A stretch of 64,000 nucleotides of DNA from Octopus sinensis (Eukaryota), in the NCBI RefSeq assembly GCF_006345805.1, contig NC_043000.1, forward strand, positions 159,650,001-159,714,000, written 5' to 3'. This document shows positions 39,380-51,430 of the stretch, piece after piece. Numbering within the stretch: the stretch's first letter is position 1; each line of letters opens with the position of its first letter. A program made the translations under genes and the position numbers. The notes beneath the pieces were generated by a model. It was not told the DNA's origin and searched no databases. It saw nothing but the letters and a program-made list of their open reading frames with translations.

Positions 39380-40030
39380 GTCTAAAGGTTTGAGACTGTC
39401 AATGGCTGATATCACCAAATTATGCATTGACTGGAGTGAGGCCACATCAAGATTATTAAGTGTAATGGTTTTGCACTTACACTTAGAGTACATGGTAAGC
39501 ATTAACTTGTCTCTGACTAATCGATGATCAGTCCAGCACTCAATACTTCTCGTGACTTCCACTGTTTCCATATACTGTAGACGAAGCATTCTAGTGAAAA
39601 CGAAGTCAACCATAAGCTAATGCTTTGAACATGGGTGCATCTATGTCCCTTTGTATTTGATTTTTTTTTACGAAGGAGTTACCAATAGCTAAGTTATATC
39701 TATTGCTTAATAGCACGAGATGCTGTCTATAGTTGTTGTTGGTCTACCACAACCATATTTTCCCAGGCAATACTAAATATCATGATCAGCGCTTACTCTA
39801 GCATTAAAGTTTCCCATGAGAAATATTTTGTCATGTTTCTGACAACCAAATAACAACTTTCTCTTATCAGTACAGAACAGTAATCTATCCTCCTCAGAAT
39901 GTGTTATTATGTACCCTGATCATTGTAGCGTATATTTCTGTATCCAATGGTAGTCAAGGACTTATTCTATCTGGTGTGTCAAAAGGTAGTTTTTGAATTG
40001 GGCTTAACAGCAAATCCTACACAATACTCC
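39380..40030 (-). mobile_element. Decayed RTE-type LINE endonuclease region
   Basis: Minus-strand translation contains VGFAVK, MGNFNARV, MHPCSKH..VDF and CWTDHRLV (APE-like endonuclease motifs). Confidence 0.7.
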
Positions 40031-40380
40031 CTGTGCTCTTTCTCTGCTTTCCCTTTCCAAAAGAATGTTTAACCTGCATTGACTTGGTGATCTGCCGTTC
40101 TCTAGCAAAACGTGTTTATGATGGTGTTTTAATATCAATGCCATATCTACTTAACTCCTCTGCAAAAAATGAAGTCTCTCTTCCCGGTTCATTTTTACTT
40201 CCTGAGCAAAGTAAACTGCGAATATATACATGTATGCATGTAAATAGAGAGAAAGTAAAGACCGAAAAGTTTCAGTCGATGAATTTTCAAGTATAAATAT
40301 ATAGTTATTTGAAACTAACAGAACAAACTTACACAGAGTACAAAGGCACAAAAAGTAAAGAGGAGAATATATGGTCTTAC

Positions 40381-40510
40381 AAGTCCGACAGCTGTTTCTG
40401 AGGTCTCGGAGTCACTTCATTGTTTTGGCAGATGTAGTTCACCAGAATATGCGATCAATAATGGCAGCAAATAAATAATGGAAAGATCCGATCCCCGTCT
40501 TCAGGGAATT
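40381..40510 (-). ncRNA. Type I hammerhead ribozyme-like motif with a long stem II insert
   Basis: AATTCC-CTGAAGA-CGGGGATCGGA...TCCGAGACCTCA-GAA-ACAGCTGT-C^GGACTT. The core is canonical; there is a C.A mismatch at 10.1/11.1 and one mismatch in stem I. Confidence 0.6.
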
Positions 40511-40894
40511 TATTTTTTATTCGTATCATTGTCTCTCTATATGTATATTATTTCTACCAGTGGTCGGGCGAACTATACAATATATTCTATTGATTTTGAA
40601 ATTCGACAACCTTCTGTTCAAACAAGATGACGTGTTCATTTGAGTATTTGCAGCCTGATTCTCATACTCCTTTTAAAATCATTGTATTGTTCCATAAGTT
40701 GATGATCAATTACGTAAAATTACGTGAAACTAATCAATTGGGCGAAACTAAAACTAACTGTTTGTGAAAATCCTAAGTTCCAATTAAACACTATAATTTC
40801 CTGTAACTATGGTATTCGGGTTTAATTTTCTCCGTCTTCGCCAAGATGTGATTATATATATATATTATGTATATATGTATAATAACGCCCTTAT

Positions 40895-41104
40895 ATATTA
40901 AGGGCATTACTATACATAAATACCTCACGCTAGGAGGGACTCTTAAAGTCAAAACTACCATAATAAACACATTGTACCGAACACGAGGAATGCAACTCTC
41001 GAAGCGAGCCTTTTAAAAAGAGATTCAGCTGTTTATTATGGTAGTTTTGACTTTAATAGTCCCTCGTAGCGTGAGGCATTTATGTATAGTATTGCCCTTA
41101 ATAT
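40895..41104. repeat. Fold-back inverted repeat (~75-bp arms)
   Basis: TATATTAAGGGCATTACTATACATAAATACCTCACGCTA... is mirrored by ...TAGCGTGAGGCATTTATGTATAGTATTGCCCTTAATATA. Confidence 0.85.
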
Positions 41105-41372
41105 AAATATATTTAAAGAGAATAATTAATAAATTTTTCCCTTATGAGGTTTTTCCCGCTAACTACTTGATAATTTCTTATAAAGATTTTATCCCATTTT
41201 AAAATTGTATATATATATGTATGTAATTATAATTTCAGCAAAACAATTAAGATTCAAATGAATTCAAATGAATATGGTATCAGAATTCTTTATGGTATTA
41301 ACCATAAAATTATGTGGGGTGATTATAACCAAGAAAAAAGCAACAATCCATTCTTGTTGCTTTTTTCTTGGT

Positions 41373-41404
<32 letters not shown>

Positions 41405-42329
41405 AATATATGTACGTTTGCATATGCATGTGTGAGTGAAATATAAAATAAATTTGAAAAAAAAACAACAAAACAGAAGTAAAATTTGAGTAGTTAAGTG
41501 GTAGTGAAAGATCTTAGAAATAGTGCGAAGATGAGAGGGGCAATTTCCCCTATACATTGATGGAATAGTCTTTTAAAACTTTCAAATAAACTGTTGGAAA
41601 AGATACAGAAAACAGTTTGAGCATCAGGTATTTATAGAAGCTCGATTTTTCTGTAAAAGCGATCTACATTTCTTGAATAATTCAGAATTTCAATTTCCTT
41701 ATACTTATATACATTGTTCATCCCATGAGTATTGAGCTAAACGTAATGGTAATATTCATGGAAATCGATTATTTCAAGCTCTATCTTCTCCCGAATGATG
41801 ATTACACCAAGTGTCTTAAACTGTCACATACAATTTTAAGATACATTATTAAAGACGTCAAGGAGTTATGTTTTTCTATGTCTTTTCCTCTAGCAAGTAA
41901 AAGGATTGTGTCATACCTTTTTACATTCTATCCCGTGTCTTATAAAACAAGCAACACAATATTATCGATGGCAGAAACTTTCCTTGAATAATTTAAAGGT
42001 AAACATTTCATCAAACGAAGGGCATTTCTTTAGAACGATTTATAATATTTTATTTATTGGATTTGTTTTTCCCGGATTTCTATTAATACAAGAGAAGGAA
42101 ATATCAGTAAAAGTCAAGTAAATATCTTATAGAATATCTTTTCTGTGATCCTCTAAAATAATTCATACATACCAATGATAGACACAAAATAATTTAGGTT
42201 CGGTTTGAATCACGAGGCTTTCTTTTGTTTCTCTTGAAGGTGATTTTCTTTAGCGATAATGTTCCTATATTTTGTTTTATTTTGATTTACCTATGAAATA
42301 CTGTTGATTTTTAATAACTAGATAATCGA

Positions 42330-42450
42330 AGGCGGCGAGTTGGCAGAATCGTTGCCGCTACGTTCTGAGTTCAAATTCCGCCGAGGTCCACTTTGCCTTT
42401 CATCCTTTAGGGATCGATTAAATAAGTGCCAGTTACGCACGGGGGTTGAT
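42330..42450 (+). mobile_element. SINE family B (internally deleted)
   Basis: GGCGGCGAGTTGGCAGAATCGTT head plus the central domain. Confidence 0.7.
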
Positions 42451-42572
42451 ATAATCAAATGAACAGCGAATACAATTGATCACTATAAACGAATCATTTG
42501 TGCAGGCCTTCCAGCAAAAGTTGAACACTCATACGTAGTCTTCGACGAGTCCATTATATATATATATATATA

Positions 42573-42930
42573 TTCTTTTACTTGTTTCAGTCATTTGACT
42601 GCAGTCGAACAAATCGACCCCAGGACTTATTCTTTGTAAGCCTAAGCCTAGTACTTACTCTATCGGGTCACTTGTGCTGAACCACTAAGTTACGGGGACG
42701 TAAACACACCAACATCCGTTGTCAAGTGATGGTGTGGGAGACAAGCACTCGCACACACGCATACATACGACGGGTTTCTTTCAGTTTTCGTCTACCTAAT
42801 CCACTCACAAGGCTTTGGTCGGCCCAAGGCTATTGTAGAAGACATTTGCCCAAAGTGTCACGCAGTGGGACTGAATCTGGAACCATGTGGTTGGGAAGCA
42901 GGCTTCTTACCACACAGCCACTCCTGCGCC
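42573..42930 (-). mobile_element. SINE family A
   Basis: Reverse-complement match ending CCACACAGCCACTCCTGCGCC. Confidence 0.85.
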
Positions 42931-43299
42931 TATATATCTGTGGGCGAAAATATTCAAGCTGAGATAGACTAGTTTAATGATATTCCTAACAAAGTAAGTA
43001 CTATCATCATGCAATTTGATATTACTAATTATTTCGCTTCTACCCTTACAACATAGCGAACAAGATTTTAACTACATAAACAAACTGTTCAGTCACACCC
43101 ACCTGTTGCATTACTTCCTAATAAACATTGTAATTAATACATTCATTGCATGTCTACATGATATTTGTTTTGTTTTGCTCATGTTGTTACTTTTATGTAT
43201 ATTTAAAAATAATTTTCTTTGCAGTATTAACAATGTTAATTAACTTTGGAGCTATCAAGTGTATTTAATGTTTTTATGGGTTTTTTATGCACCCTTTTC

Positions 43300-43590
43300 A
43301 AGTCTAGCCAGGCTTATGGGCCCGGTTTCCCGGTTTCTGTGGCGTGTGTGTTCCCCCCAGCTGGACGGGACGCCAGTCCATCGCAGCGTTACTCAAGAAA
43401 CAGGTAGAAAGAGTGAGAGAAAGTTGGGGCGAAAGAGTACAACAGGGATCGCCACCACCCTCTGCCGGAGCCTCGTGGAGCTTTAGGTGTTTTCGCTCAA
43501 TAAACACACACAACACCCTGTCTGGGAATCGAAACCGCGATCCTCCGAATGTGAGTCTGCTGCCCTAACCACTGGGCCATTGCACCTCCA
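43300..43590 (-). mobile_element. SINE family C
   Basis: Homologous to 3128-3418. Confidence 0.8.
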
Positions 43591-43684
43591 CTTTTATGTG
43601 TTATTTTATATTTTTGATGAATTAATATTTTGTTGGATTCTTATATGCAATAGATGGTTAATCCCACGAGTACCCCTAATACGG

Positions 43685-43895
43685 AAGCTGGCAGAATTGT
43701 TACCGCGCCGAGCAAAATGCTTAGCGGCATTTCGTCTGTTTTTACATTCTGAGCTGAATTTCCTCTGAGATCAACTTTGCCTTTCATCCTTTCGTAGTCT
43801 ATAAAATAAGCACCAATTTCGCATTGGAATCGATGTAATCGACTAGCTCCCACTCTTCACAAGTTTCAGGCTTTGTACCTATGATAGAAAGGAAG
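43685..43895 (+). mobile_element. SINE family B
   Basis: AGCTGGCAGAATTGTTACCGCGCCGAGCAAAATGCTTAGCGGCATTTCG head. Confidence 0.7.
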
Positions 43896-44310
43896 ATTAC
43901 TTATCTGCTTTGTATTTTTAAAAAAATTTGTTTTTCATTCTAGTACTTTTATCAAAAGCGTATATGTAGTTAGTAATTTAACGTTCATACAATCCATTTT
44001 GAAAGTAATTACTTTATATAATTCGTTTTCATAATCTTATCCTGCATTCATCTATAACCAGTCTTCTAAACATGCGTTATAAATCACTTGAGATACTTAT
44101 TTTCTTACATCTGGTAATTAATCATATAACCTCTTAACTCTTGTTATATCCTACTGAGAATTGAATGAGTAATACTTGTGGTGTGCTGGGATGAGCATCA
44201 TCAATAAAGGGATGTATCCCAGAACAGTGTTTAGAATTTTCGAAGGTTTCCGCCTTAGTTATGTGGAGTGAGTGATAGTGTCAGTAGTAGTGGTAGTGGT
44301 AGTAGTAGTC

Positions 44311-44353
<43 letters not shown>

Positions 44354-45081
44354 AGAACTGTCAGTGTGTATAGAGGTGGCTGGAGGTGTTGAAGTGTGCA
44401 TAAAACGCTGAGCTCCTCATATCCCTAGTTCGCTTTTCGATTTTTGTAGTTTGCTTAGTGATGCAGATGGGCAACGTAGAAACTGCGATAATGCACAGAG
44501 CATGTTTAATTACTCTGTACTTCATCTTTATTTATCGTTCCATTTATCTTTTTCTGTTTGATTCTGTACTGATACCAACATAATTACATATCAAATAAAC
44601 TCATCTTCGTTTTTGACCGCTGGATGTTAAATTTTTTGTATAATGTTCTAGAAAACATCTCAGTTTGAACTAAGCCTTAACGAAAATAATATTTCTTTTT
44701 ATTCAGTTTTTCAAAATTGTTTTTTCTTGTTATGTTACTATGTTGCCTTTTGTTTTGACCTACATAATATATGCTATTTATCTTAATCTCTAGTTACTCT
44801 GACCTTTGATAGAAAACAATTATACATTGAAGTACGTGCGCAGCTGTTAAGTTTATAGCACTTTAATAAATGAAATCACACTAGATATATAATGTATTGA
44901 ATCCTTTATTGAGCTGTACTTTCCTTGTTCTTTATCCCTGAATTTCGATTGCAAATTGAGCTTGTACTGAATGTTGTAGGGAATAAATTCTTGATACATT
45001 GAAACTTTTCTTATTATCAAAGTATCCCTATCCAAAGTATCCCTCTCCAAAAATGTAATTTATTATTTCTCTCTCTCTCAA

Positions 45082-45300
45082 GGTGGCGAGATGGCAGAAT
45101 CGTTAGCACGCCGGGCGAAATGCCGCTAAGCATTTTGCCCGGCATGCTAACGATTCTGAGTTCTCTTTCTGCTATGGTCGACTTTTCCTTTCATCCTTTC
45201 GGAGTCGATGAAGTAAGTACCAGTTGATCATTGGAGTCGATGTAATCGACTTACCCTTCTCCTGAAATTGCTGGCCTTATGCCAAAATTTGAAAGCATTA
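45082..45300 (+). mobile_element. SINE family B
   Basis: GGTGGCGAGATGGCAGAATCGTTAGCACGCCGGGCGAAATG head. Confidence 0.75.
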
Positions 45301-46625
45301 TTTCTCTCTGTCAAGGTGTGTAAAAGGTGATCGACAGGCAAGGTAGGTCAGAACTATGATGAATATGTAAATTAAGAACCCGAAAGACATTTCCACTGTT
45401 GTATCCTGCTTTTAAGCGAAGATCAAATTGTTTTTTCCTTACTCTGCAGATCCACTTGAGAATCTCTTAATCAAATACTTGTGTATCGCCAACAGTTGTC
45501 GTCAGGTTGGTATATTCCGTATCTAGCTCAAAGGAAAACCCAATAAATTAAATTCAGTAACTATATTCAGAATGTAATTTACACGAAAATCACTTCACCT
45601 CATCTGTTAGTTATTCAAATTCCTGCCCATGGTTCTTTGAATTATTTCCATTAGTTCTGTTTTGTTAGCAGCACCATTCATATACCGAGTCACTATAGAC
45701 ACTTGATGATCATTATCTCGAGTAGTCGAACTAAAATAGTAGGGTATAGGTTTCTGTATCAAGTAATCATGCATCTGCCTTACATCTAACCGTCCTATCC
45801 TATATCCCTGCGTCCCGTAGAACCTTTAAAAGATATTTTCTCCTACTGTTCCTTCTACAACGGTTTTTATATTTTGATGATATATTAAATGATCAGTTCA
45901 ATCGTTTGCCTGTTGGTAGTTATAAGCCAACGACACGTGTTGTCAACAACAACAACAGCAACAGTATATATAATTCTACAGCTGTTTGCCCTGCAGTAAA
46001 GAAAATCTCCTTATATTTGTCAAGATATATTCGGACTAACTGGTGAGCAGAAAATTTAAAGCAATAGGCCATTAATCAATTGTAAATGCATCACAAAGTA
46101 CCTGTCCATACAAGTATTACAAATTTTCATTAACTTCTAAATTTCAAGTAAATTTTCCTCGTTTGTTTAATATTTATAGACAGCTAAAACACCACCTGCC
46201 TATTGAATCGTTGTTCATTCTGATTACATATGCGGTGTCGATAAAATAAACTTTATTTGATATTTCATGGGCACATTTCGCTACAATATGTGTGTGTATA
46301 GGTGTGTGTGCTTATAGGTAAGAACATCAATGTATAAATAAACGTACATATACATGTATAGACATTTATATATATATCCTTCGAAACGTTTAGTAGATGA
46401 AATCTTAGCGACTGAAGAAGGGGGTTTTTTCGTTGTGCTTATTGTCCTGTATCTCTCCCTTTTTTTTTGCTTGTCTTGTTCCTTGGTTTGTGTCTATGTG
46501 TTTCGTCTCTCTATGTGTTCGACGTCTTTTTGGTGTCCTGTACACATATATGCGTGTATATGTACATGTAGAGGTAGGTACGTACATATATGTTTATATA
46601 TATGCATATATTCTATTTTATTAAC

Positions 46626-46661
<36 letters not shown>

Positions 46662-46677
46662 ATATATATATATTTAT

Positions 46678-46716
<39 letters not shown>

Positions 46717-46756
46717 ATATATAATATATTTATATATATATATATATATATATATT

Positions 46757-46797
<41 letters not shown>

Positions 46798-46834
46798 TAT
46801 ATATGTATATATATATATATATAACTTAGAAAAA

Positions 46835-47158
46835 CTTAGAAAGGTTTAGGCCAGTATTGGCCCTTGCCATGTCTAACTTAATAGCACCACCTGGCGAAGT
46901 CTTTCAATTCAGGATTTGGGTGGTTTATCCGGGACTGTTTGAAGGAATTTGTCCAAAGACTTCTTGAATTTTGTGTGGTCAGTTTCTGTTTTGACGTGTC
47001 CTGGTGTAATGTTGAAGAGAGCGGGTCCAATTGAGGTGAAATAATTGTGCCGTATTGTCGTTATGTGATGCGATTTAGATTTTTGTTGCGAACGGATGGC
47101 ACGTGGTCTAAGCCTTTGATGTATCTTGAAGGTGATGTCAACATCATTCGGACAGTGC

Positions 47159-47160
<2 letters not shown>
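46835..47160 (-). mobile_element. CR1/L2-like LINE 3' end
   Basis: Minus-strand translation IRHNYFTSIGPALFNITPGHVK...FKKSLDKFLQTVPDKP* is a typical CR1-like ORF2 terminus. Confidence 0.7.
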
Positions 47161-47207
<47 letters not shown>

Positions 47208-47281
47208 GCATCTCATTCACCATGATAGATCGCTAGTCACTACACACTCTTTATTTTCTCTCCTTGTTTCTTTCTGTGTTC

Positions 47282-47317
47282 CTTTCTGTGGAAGAGCGTA
47301 GGCTCGAAACGTTAAAG
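47282..47317 (+). ncRNA. Minimal hammerhead-like motif, A6U variant
   Basis: CTTT-CTGTGGA-AGAGC(GTAG)GCTC-GAA-ACGT-T^AAAG. Confidence 0.45.
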
Positions 47318-47521
47318 ACTTTTTCACATCACGAGTGTTATACTAATACATCTGTTTGTTGTCTACTCCATCTGTCTTCGTCTTTTGTTGTTTTTTCTTG
47401 TGAATTCTTCCCCTGTATGTGAATATATATATAAAATAAATTTACTTAGCAATGGATGCGGGGCGTTCAAACAAATAATAATATAATTATATATATATGC
47501 ATATACATACATGCATACACA

Positions 47522-47560
<39 letters not shown>

Positions 47561-47984
47561 ATTTCATACATATATAAGTACAGGACATAACAAGCAGTAA
47601 ACAATATGATATACGAAAACAAATAAGTTGAATACGCAAGCAACGAGAGAAACAAATGGAAAACAGGACAAGTAACATAAAGAATGACCCTTCATCAGTT
47701 GTCGGCTGTCTATCTACTCCTCATTTCGAGCATTGAACGACAATATGAATCTTCAATGGCAGTTGTTTCCGCAAAGGCCAAAATAAAATTTTTATGGAGA
47801 TTCAAAATTTGCAACAAAAACAGAACAGTAGAGACATACAAGGAAACCGAACAAAAACAAACATGGGTGGGGGGTCGTTAGACCAGTATAGAGTTGAGTC
47901 GCATCAACATGATTAAGATAAACTTACTCGGAGATGGATGCGTGGCGTTCGATAAAATAATAATATAAATAATATATATATATG

Positions 47985-48384
47985 CATGGCTGTGTGGTAA
48001 GTAGCTTGCTAACCAACCACATGGTTCCGGGTTCAGTCCCACTGTGTGGCACCTTGGGCAAATGTCTTCTGCTATAGCCTCGGGCCGACCAAAGCCTTGT
48101 GAGTGGATTTGGTAGACGGAAACTGAAAGAAGCCTGTCGTATATGTGTATATATATATATATATGTGTATGTGTGTGTGTGTGTCTGTGTTTGTTCCCCT
48201 AGAATTGCTTGACAACCGATGCTGGTGTGTTTACGTCCCCGTCACTTAGCGGTTCGGCAAAAGAGACCGATAGAATAAGTACTGGGCTTGCGAAGAATAA
48301 GTCCTGGGGTCGATTTACTCGACTAAAGGCGGTGCTCCAGCATGGCCGCAGTCAAATGACTGAAACAAGTAAAAGAGTAAAGAG
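47985..48384 (+). mobile_element. SINE family A
   Basis: Near full-length match to 17218-17620. Confidence 0.85.
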
Positions 48385-48876
48385 AGTATATGTACGTACA
48401 TACAAATATATATATATATCATATATATGTATATATATATGCATATATATTATTGATATTATATATGTATGTGTGAGTGTGTATGTGTGTGTGAGTGTGT
48501 GAGAGAAATGTTGAGTTCAATTAGAACATTTTTACTTAGGAGGGTCTAAAGTTTGATTCTAATAAAGATTCTTCATTCTAAATTTGTAGCTTACTAGTGC
48601 AAGTAATTTATCAAAAATATGAAACTTTTTCACAAGTATAAGGTGTGTTGTGAATATTTATAGAACACAATCCTATATAAACTTAACAAACAATTAAAGA
48701 TGAAGAAGCGTTGTTAAAAGTTTTATAAAATTTTAATCCATGTATACGATTAAAATTTATTAAACAATCATAATAAAATTTAATAAAACTTTTACATCTC
48801 TTCTCATCTTTAATTGTTTTTTTTACTTTATATGGGATTGGTGTTCTATAAATGCTCATAAAACAACTTATACTTA

Positions 48877-48983
<107 letters not shown>

Positions 48984-49117
48984 ATATATACATATATTAA
49001 CAATTAAGGAACGGCCATAATAGGCCATTCACCCACTAGAAATAACAGCCAAAGCTTTACCGCAAATAAAGATTAATTCCGTAAACAGGAGAAAATTAAA
49101 AAAACATTTACCCTGTA

Positions 49118-49224
49118 ATTTCTTGTACGGTATACCGTTTCATCCGCTGTTTAATGGTAAACTAACCTGATTAAATTAAATCAAGCCAATCTTCCATAAG
49201 CCCTCGGATTCTTCAGCAAGAAAT
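49118..49224 (-). ncRNA. Type I hammerhead ribozyme (array copy 1, minus)
   Basis: Reverse complement of the plus-strand motif; predicted cut between 49126 and 49125. Confidence 0.82.
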
Positions 49225-49599
49225 AGCTCAAGTCGGAACAGATATTTACACGAGGCATACCCAATCTTGCCAAGGCAATATCTGACCTAAAATTTTCAAA
49301 TCGTCGCACTCGCGCCAAATTTATCGGCAGCAATAAATATCAGCGTCGATTCCATTACGGAATTAACCAAAAATTCATAATCAATATAGGGTGGCAAGGA
49401 AAATTTTGTAGAATTTTATTGCCACCAGCGGCCCAGTGGGAAACAATAAATAGTCATAGACCATTTTTAAGTTCAACATTAACAATTAAGGAACGGCCAT
49501 AATAGGCCATTCACCCACTAGAAATAACAGCCAAAGCTTCTACCGCAAATAAAGATTAATTCCGTAAACAGGAGAAAATAAAAAAACATTTACCCTGTA

Positions 49600-49706
49600 A
49601 TTTCTTGTACGGTATACCGTTTCATCCGCTGTTTAATGGTAAACTAACCTGATTAAATTAAATCAAGCCAATCTTCCATAAGCCCTCGGATTCTTCAGCA
49701 AGAAAT
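49600..49706 (-). ncRNA. Type I hammerhead ribozyme (array copy 2, minus)
   Basis: Same motif; predicted cut between 49608 and 49607. Confidence 0.82.
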
Positions 49707-50342
49707 AGCTCAAGTCGGAACAGATATTTACACGAGGCATACCCAATCTTGCCAAGGCAATATCTGACCTAAAATTTTCAAATCGTCGCACTCGCGCCAA
49801 ATTTATCGGCAGCAAATAAATATCAGCCGTCGATTCCATTACGGAATTAACCAAAAAATTCATAATTAATCAATATAGGGTGGCAAGGAAAATTTTGTAG
49901 AATTTTATTGCCACCAGCGGCCCAGTGGGAAAACATTAAATAGTCATAGACCATTTTTAAGGGGTAAATGTTTTTTTTAATTTTCTCCTGTTTACGGAAT
50001 TAATCTTTATTTGCGGTAGAAGCTTTGGCTGTTATTTCTAGTGGGTGAATGGCCTATTATGGCCGTTCCTTAATTGTTAATGTTGAACTTAAAAATGGTC
50101 TATGACTATTTAATTTTTTTCCCACTGGGCGCTGGTGGCAATAAAATTCTACAAAATTTTCCTTGCCACCCTATATTGATTAATTATGAATTTTTTGGTT
50201 AATTCCGTAATGGAATCGACGGCTGATATTTATTTGCTGCCGATAAATTTGGCGCGAGTGCGACGATTTGAAAATTTTAGGTCAGATATTGCCTTGGCAA
50301 GATTGGGTATGCCTCGTGTAAATATCTGTTCCGACTTGAGCT

Positions 50343-50448
50343 ATTTCTTGCTGAAGAATCCGAGGGCTTATGGAAGATTGGCTTGATTTAATTTAATCAG
50401 GTTAGTTTCCATTAAACAGCGGATGAAACGGTATACCGTACAAGAAAT
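50343..50448 (+). ncRNA. Type I hammerhead ribozyme (array copy 3)
   Basis: ATTTCTTG-CTGAAGA-ATCCG...CGGAT-GAA-ACGGT(AT)ACCGT-A^CAAGAAAT: 8-bp stem I, 5-bp stem II base plus an extended rod, and palindromic stem III. Predicted cut after 50440. Confidence 0.85.
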
Positions 50449-50831
50449 TACAGGGTAAATGTTTTTTTTAATTTTCCTGTTTACGGATTAATCTTTATTT
50501 GCGGTAGAAGCTTTGGCTGTTATTTTCTAGGGGTGAATGGCCTATTATGGCCGTTCCTTAATTGTTAATGTTGAACTTAAAAATGGTCTATGACTATTTA
50601 ATTTTTTTCCCACTGGGCCGCTGGTGGCAATAAAATTCTACAAAATTTTCCTTGCCACCCTATATTGATTAATTATGAATTTTTTGGTTAATTCCGTAAT
50701 GGAATCGACGGCTGATATTTATTTGCTGCCGATAAATTTGGCGCGAGTGCGACGATTTGAAAATTTTAGGTCAGATATTGCCTTGGCAAGATTGGGTATG
50801 CCTCGTGTAAATATCTGTTCCGACTTGAGCT

Positions 50832-50941
50832 ATTTCTTGCTGAAGAATCCGAGGGCTTATGGAAGATTGGCTTGATTTAATTTAATCAGGTTAGTTTACC
50901 ATTAAACAGCGGATGATGAAACGGTATACCGTACAAGAAAT
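50832..50941 (+). ncRNA. Type I hammerhead ribozyme (array copy 4; GAT duplication at the stem II base)
   Basis: Same motif but CGGATGATGAAAC; predicted cut after 50933. Confidence 0.7.
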
Positions 50942-51323
50942 TACAGGGTAAATGTTTTTTTTAATTTTCTCCTGTTTAACGGAATTAATCTTTATTTGCG
51001 GTAGAAGCTTTGGCTGTTATTTCTAGTGGGTGAATGGCCTATTATGGCCGTTCCTTATTGCTAATGTTGAACTTAAAAATGGTCTATGACTATTTAATTG
51101 TTCCCACTGGGCGCTGGTGGCAATAAAATTCTACAAAATTTTCCTTGCCACCCTATATTGATTAATTATGAATTTTTTGGTTAATTCCGTAATGGAATCG
51201 ACGGCTGATATTTATTTGCTGCCGATAAATTTGGCGCGAGTGCGACGATTGAAAATTTTAGGTCAGATATTGCCTTGGCAAGATTGGGTATGCCTCGTGT
51301 AAATATCTGTTCCGACTTGAGCT

Positions 51324-51430
51324 ATTTCTTGCTGAAGAATCCGAGGGCTTATGGAAGATTGGCTTGATTTAATTTAATCAGGTTAGTTTACCATTAAACA
51401 GCGGATGAAACGGTATACCGTACAAGAAAT
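51324..51430 (+). ncRNA. Type I hammerhead ribozyme (array copy 5)
   Basis: Same motif; predicted cut after 51422. Confidence 0.85.

Noticed and set aside
45450-45505. 56-nt plus-strand exon-like segment (CTCTGCAG|...|GTTGGT)
   Set aside because: The donor is weak and there is no homology; such signals are expected by chance in 64 kb.
46376-46425. CCTTCGAAACGTT followed by CTGAAGAAGG
   Set aside because: The hammerhead halves are in the wrong order and have no supporting stem I; at most this is a truncated 3' half.
47686-47712. CTGATGAAGGG on minus
   Set aside because: No matching stem II partner or GAAA downstream.
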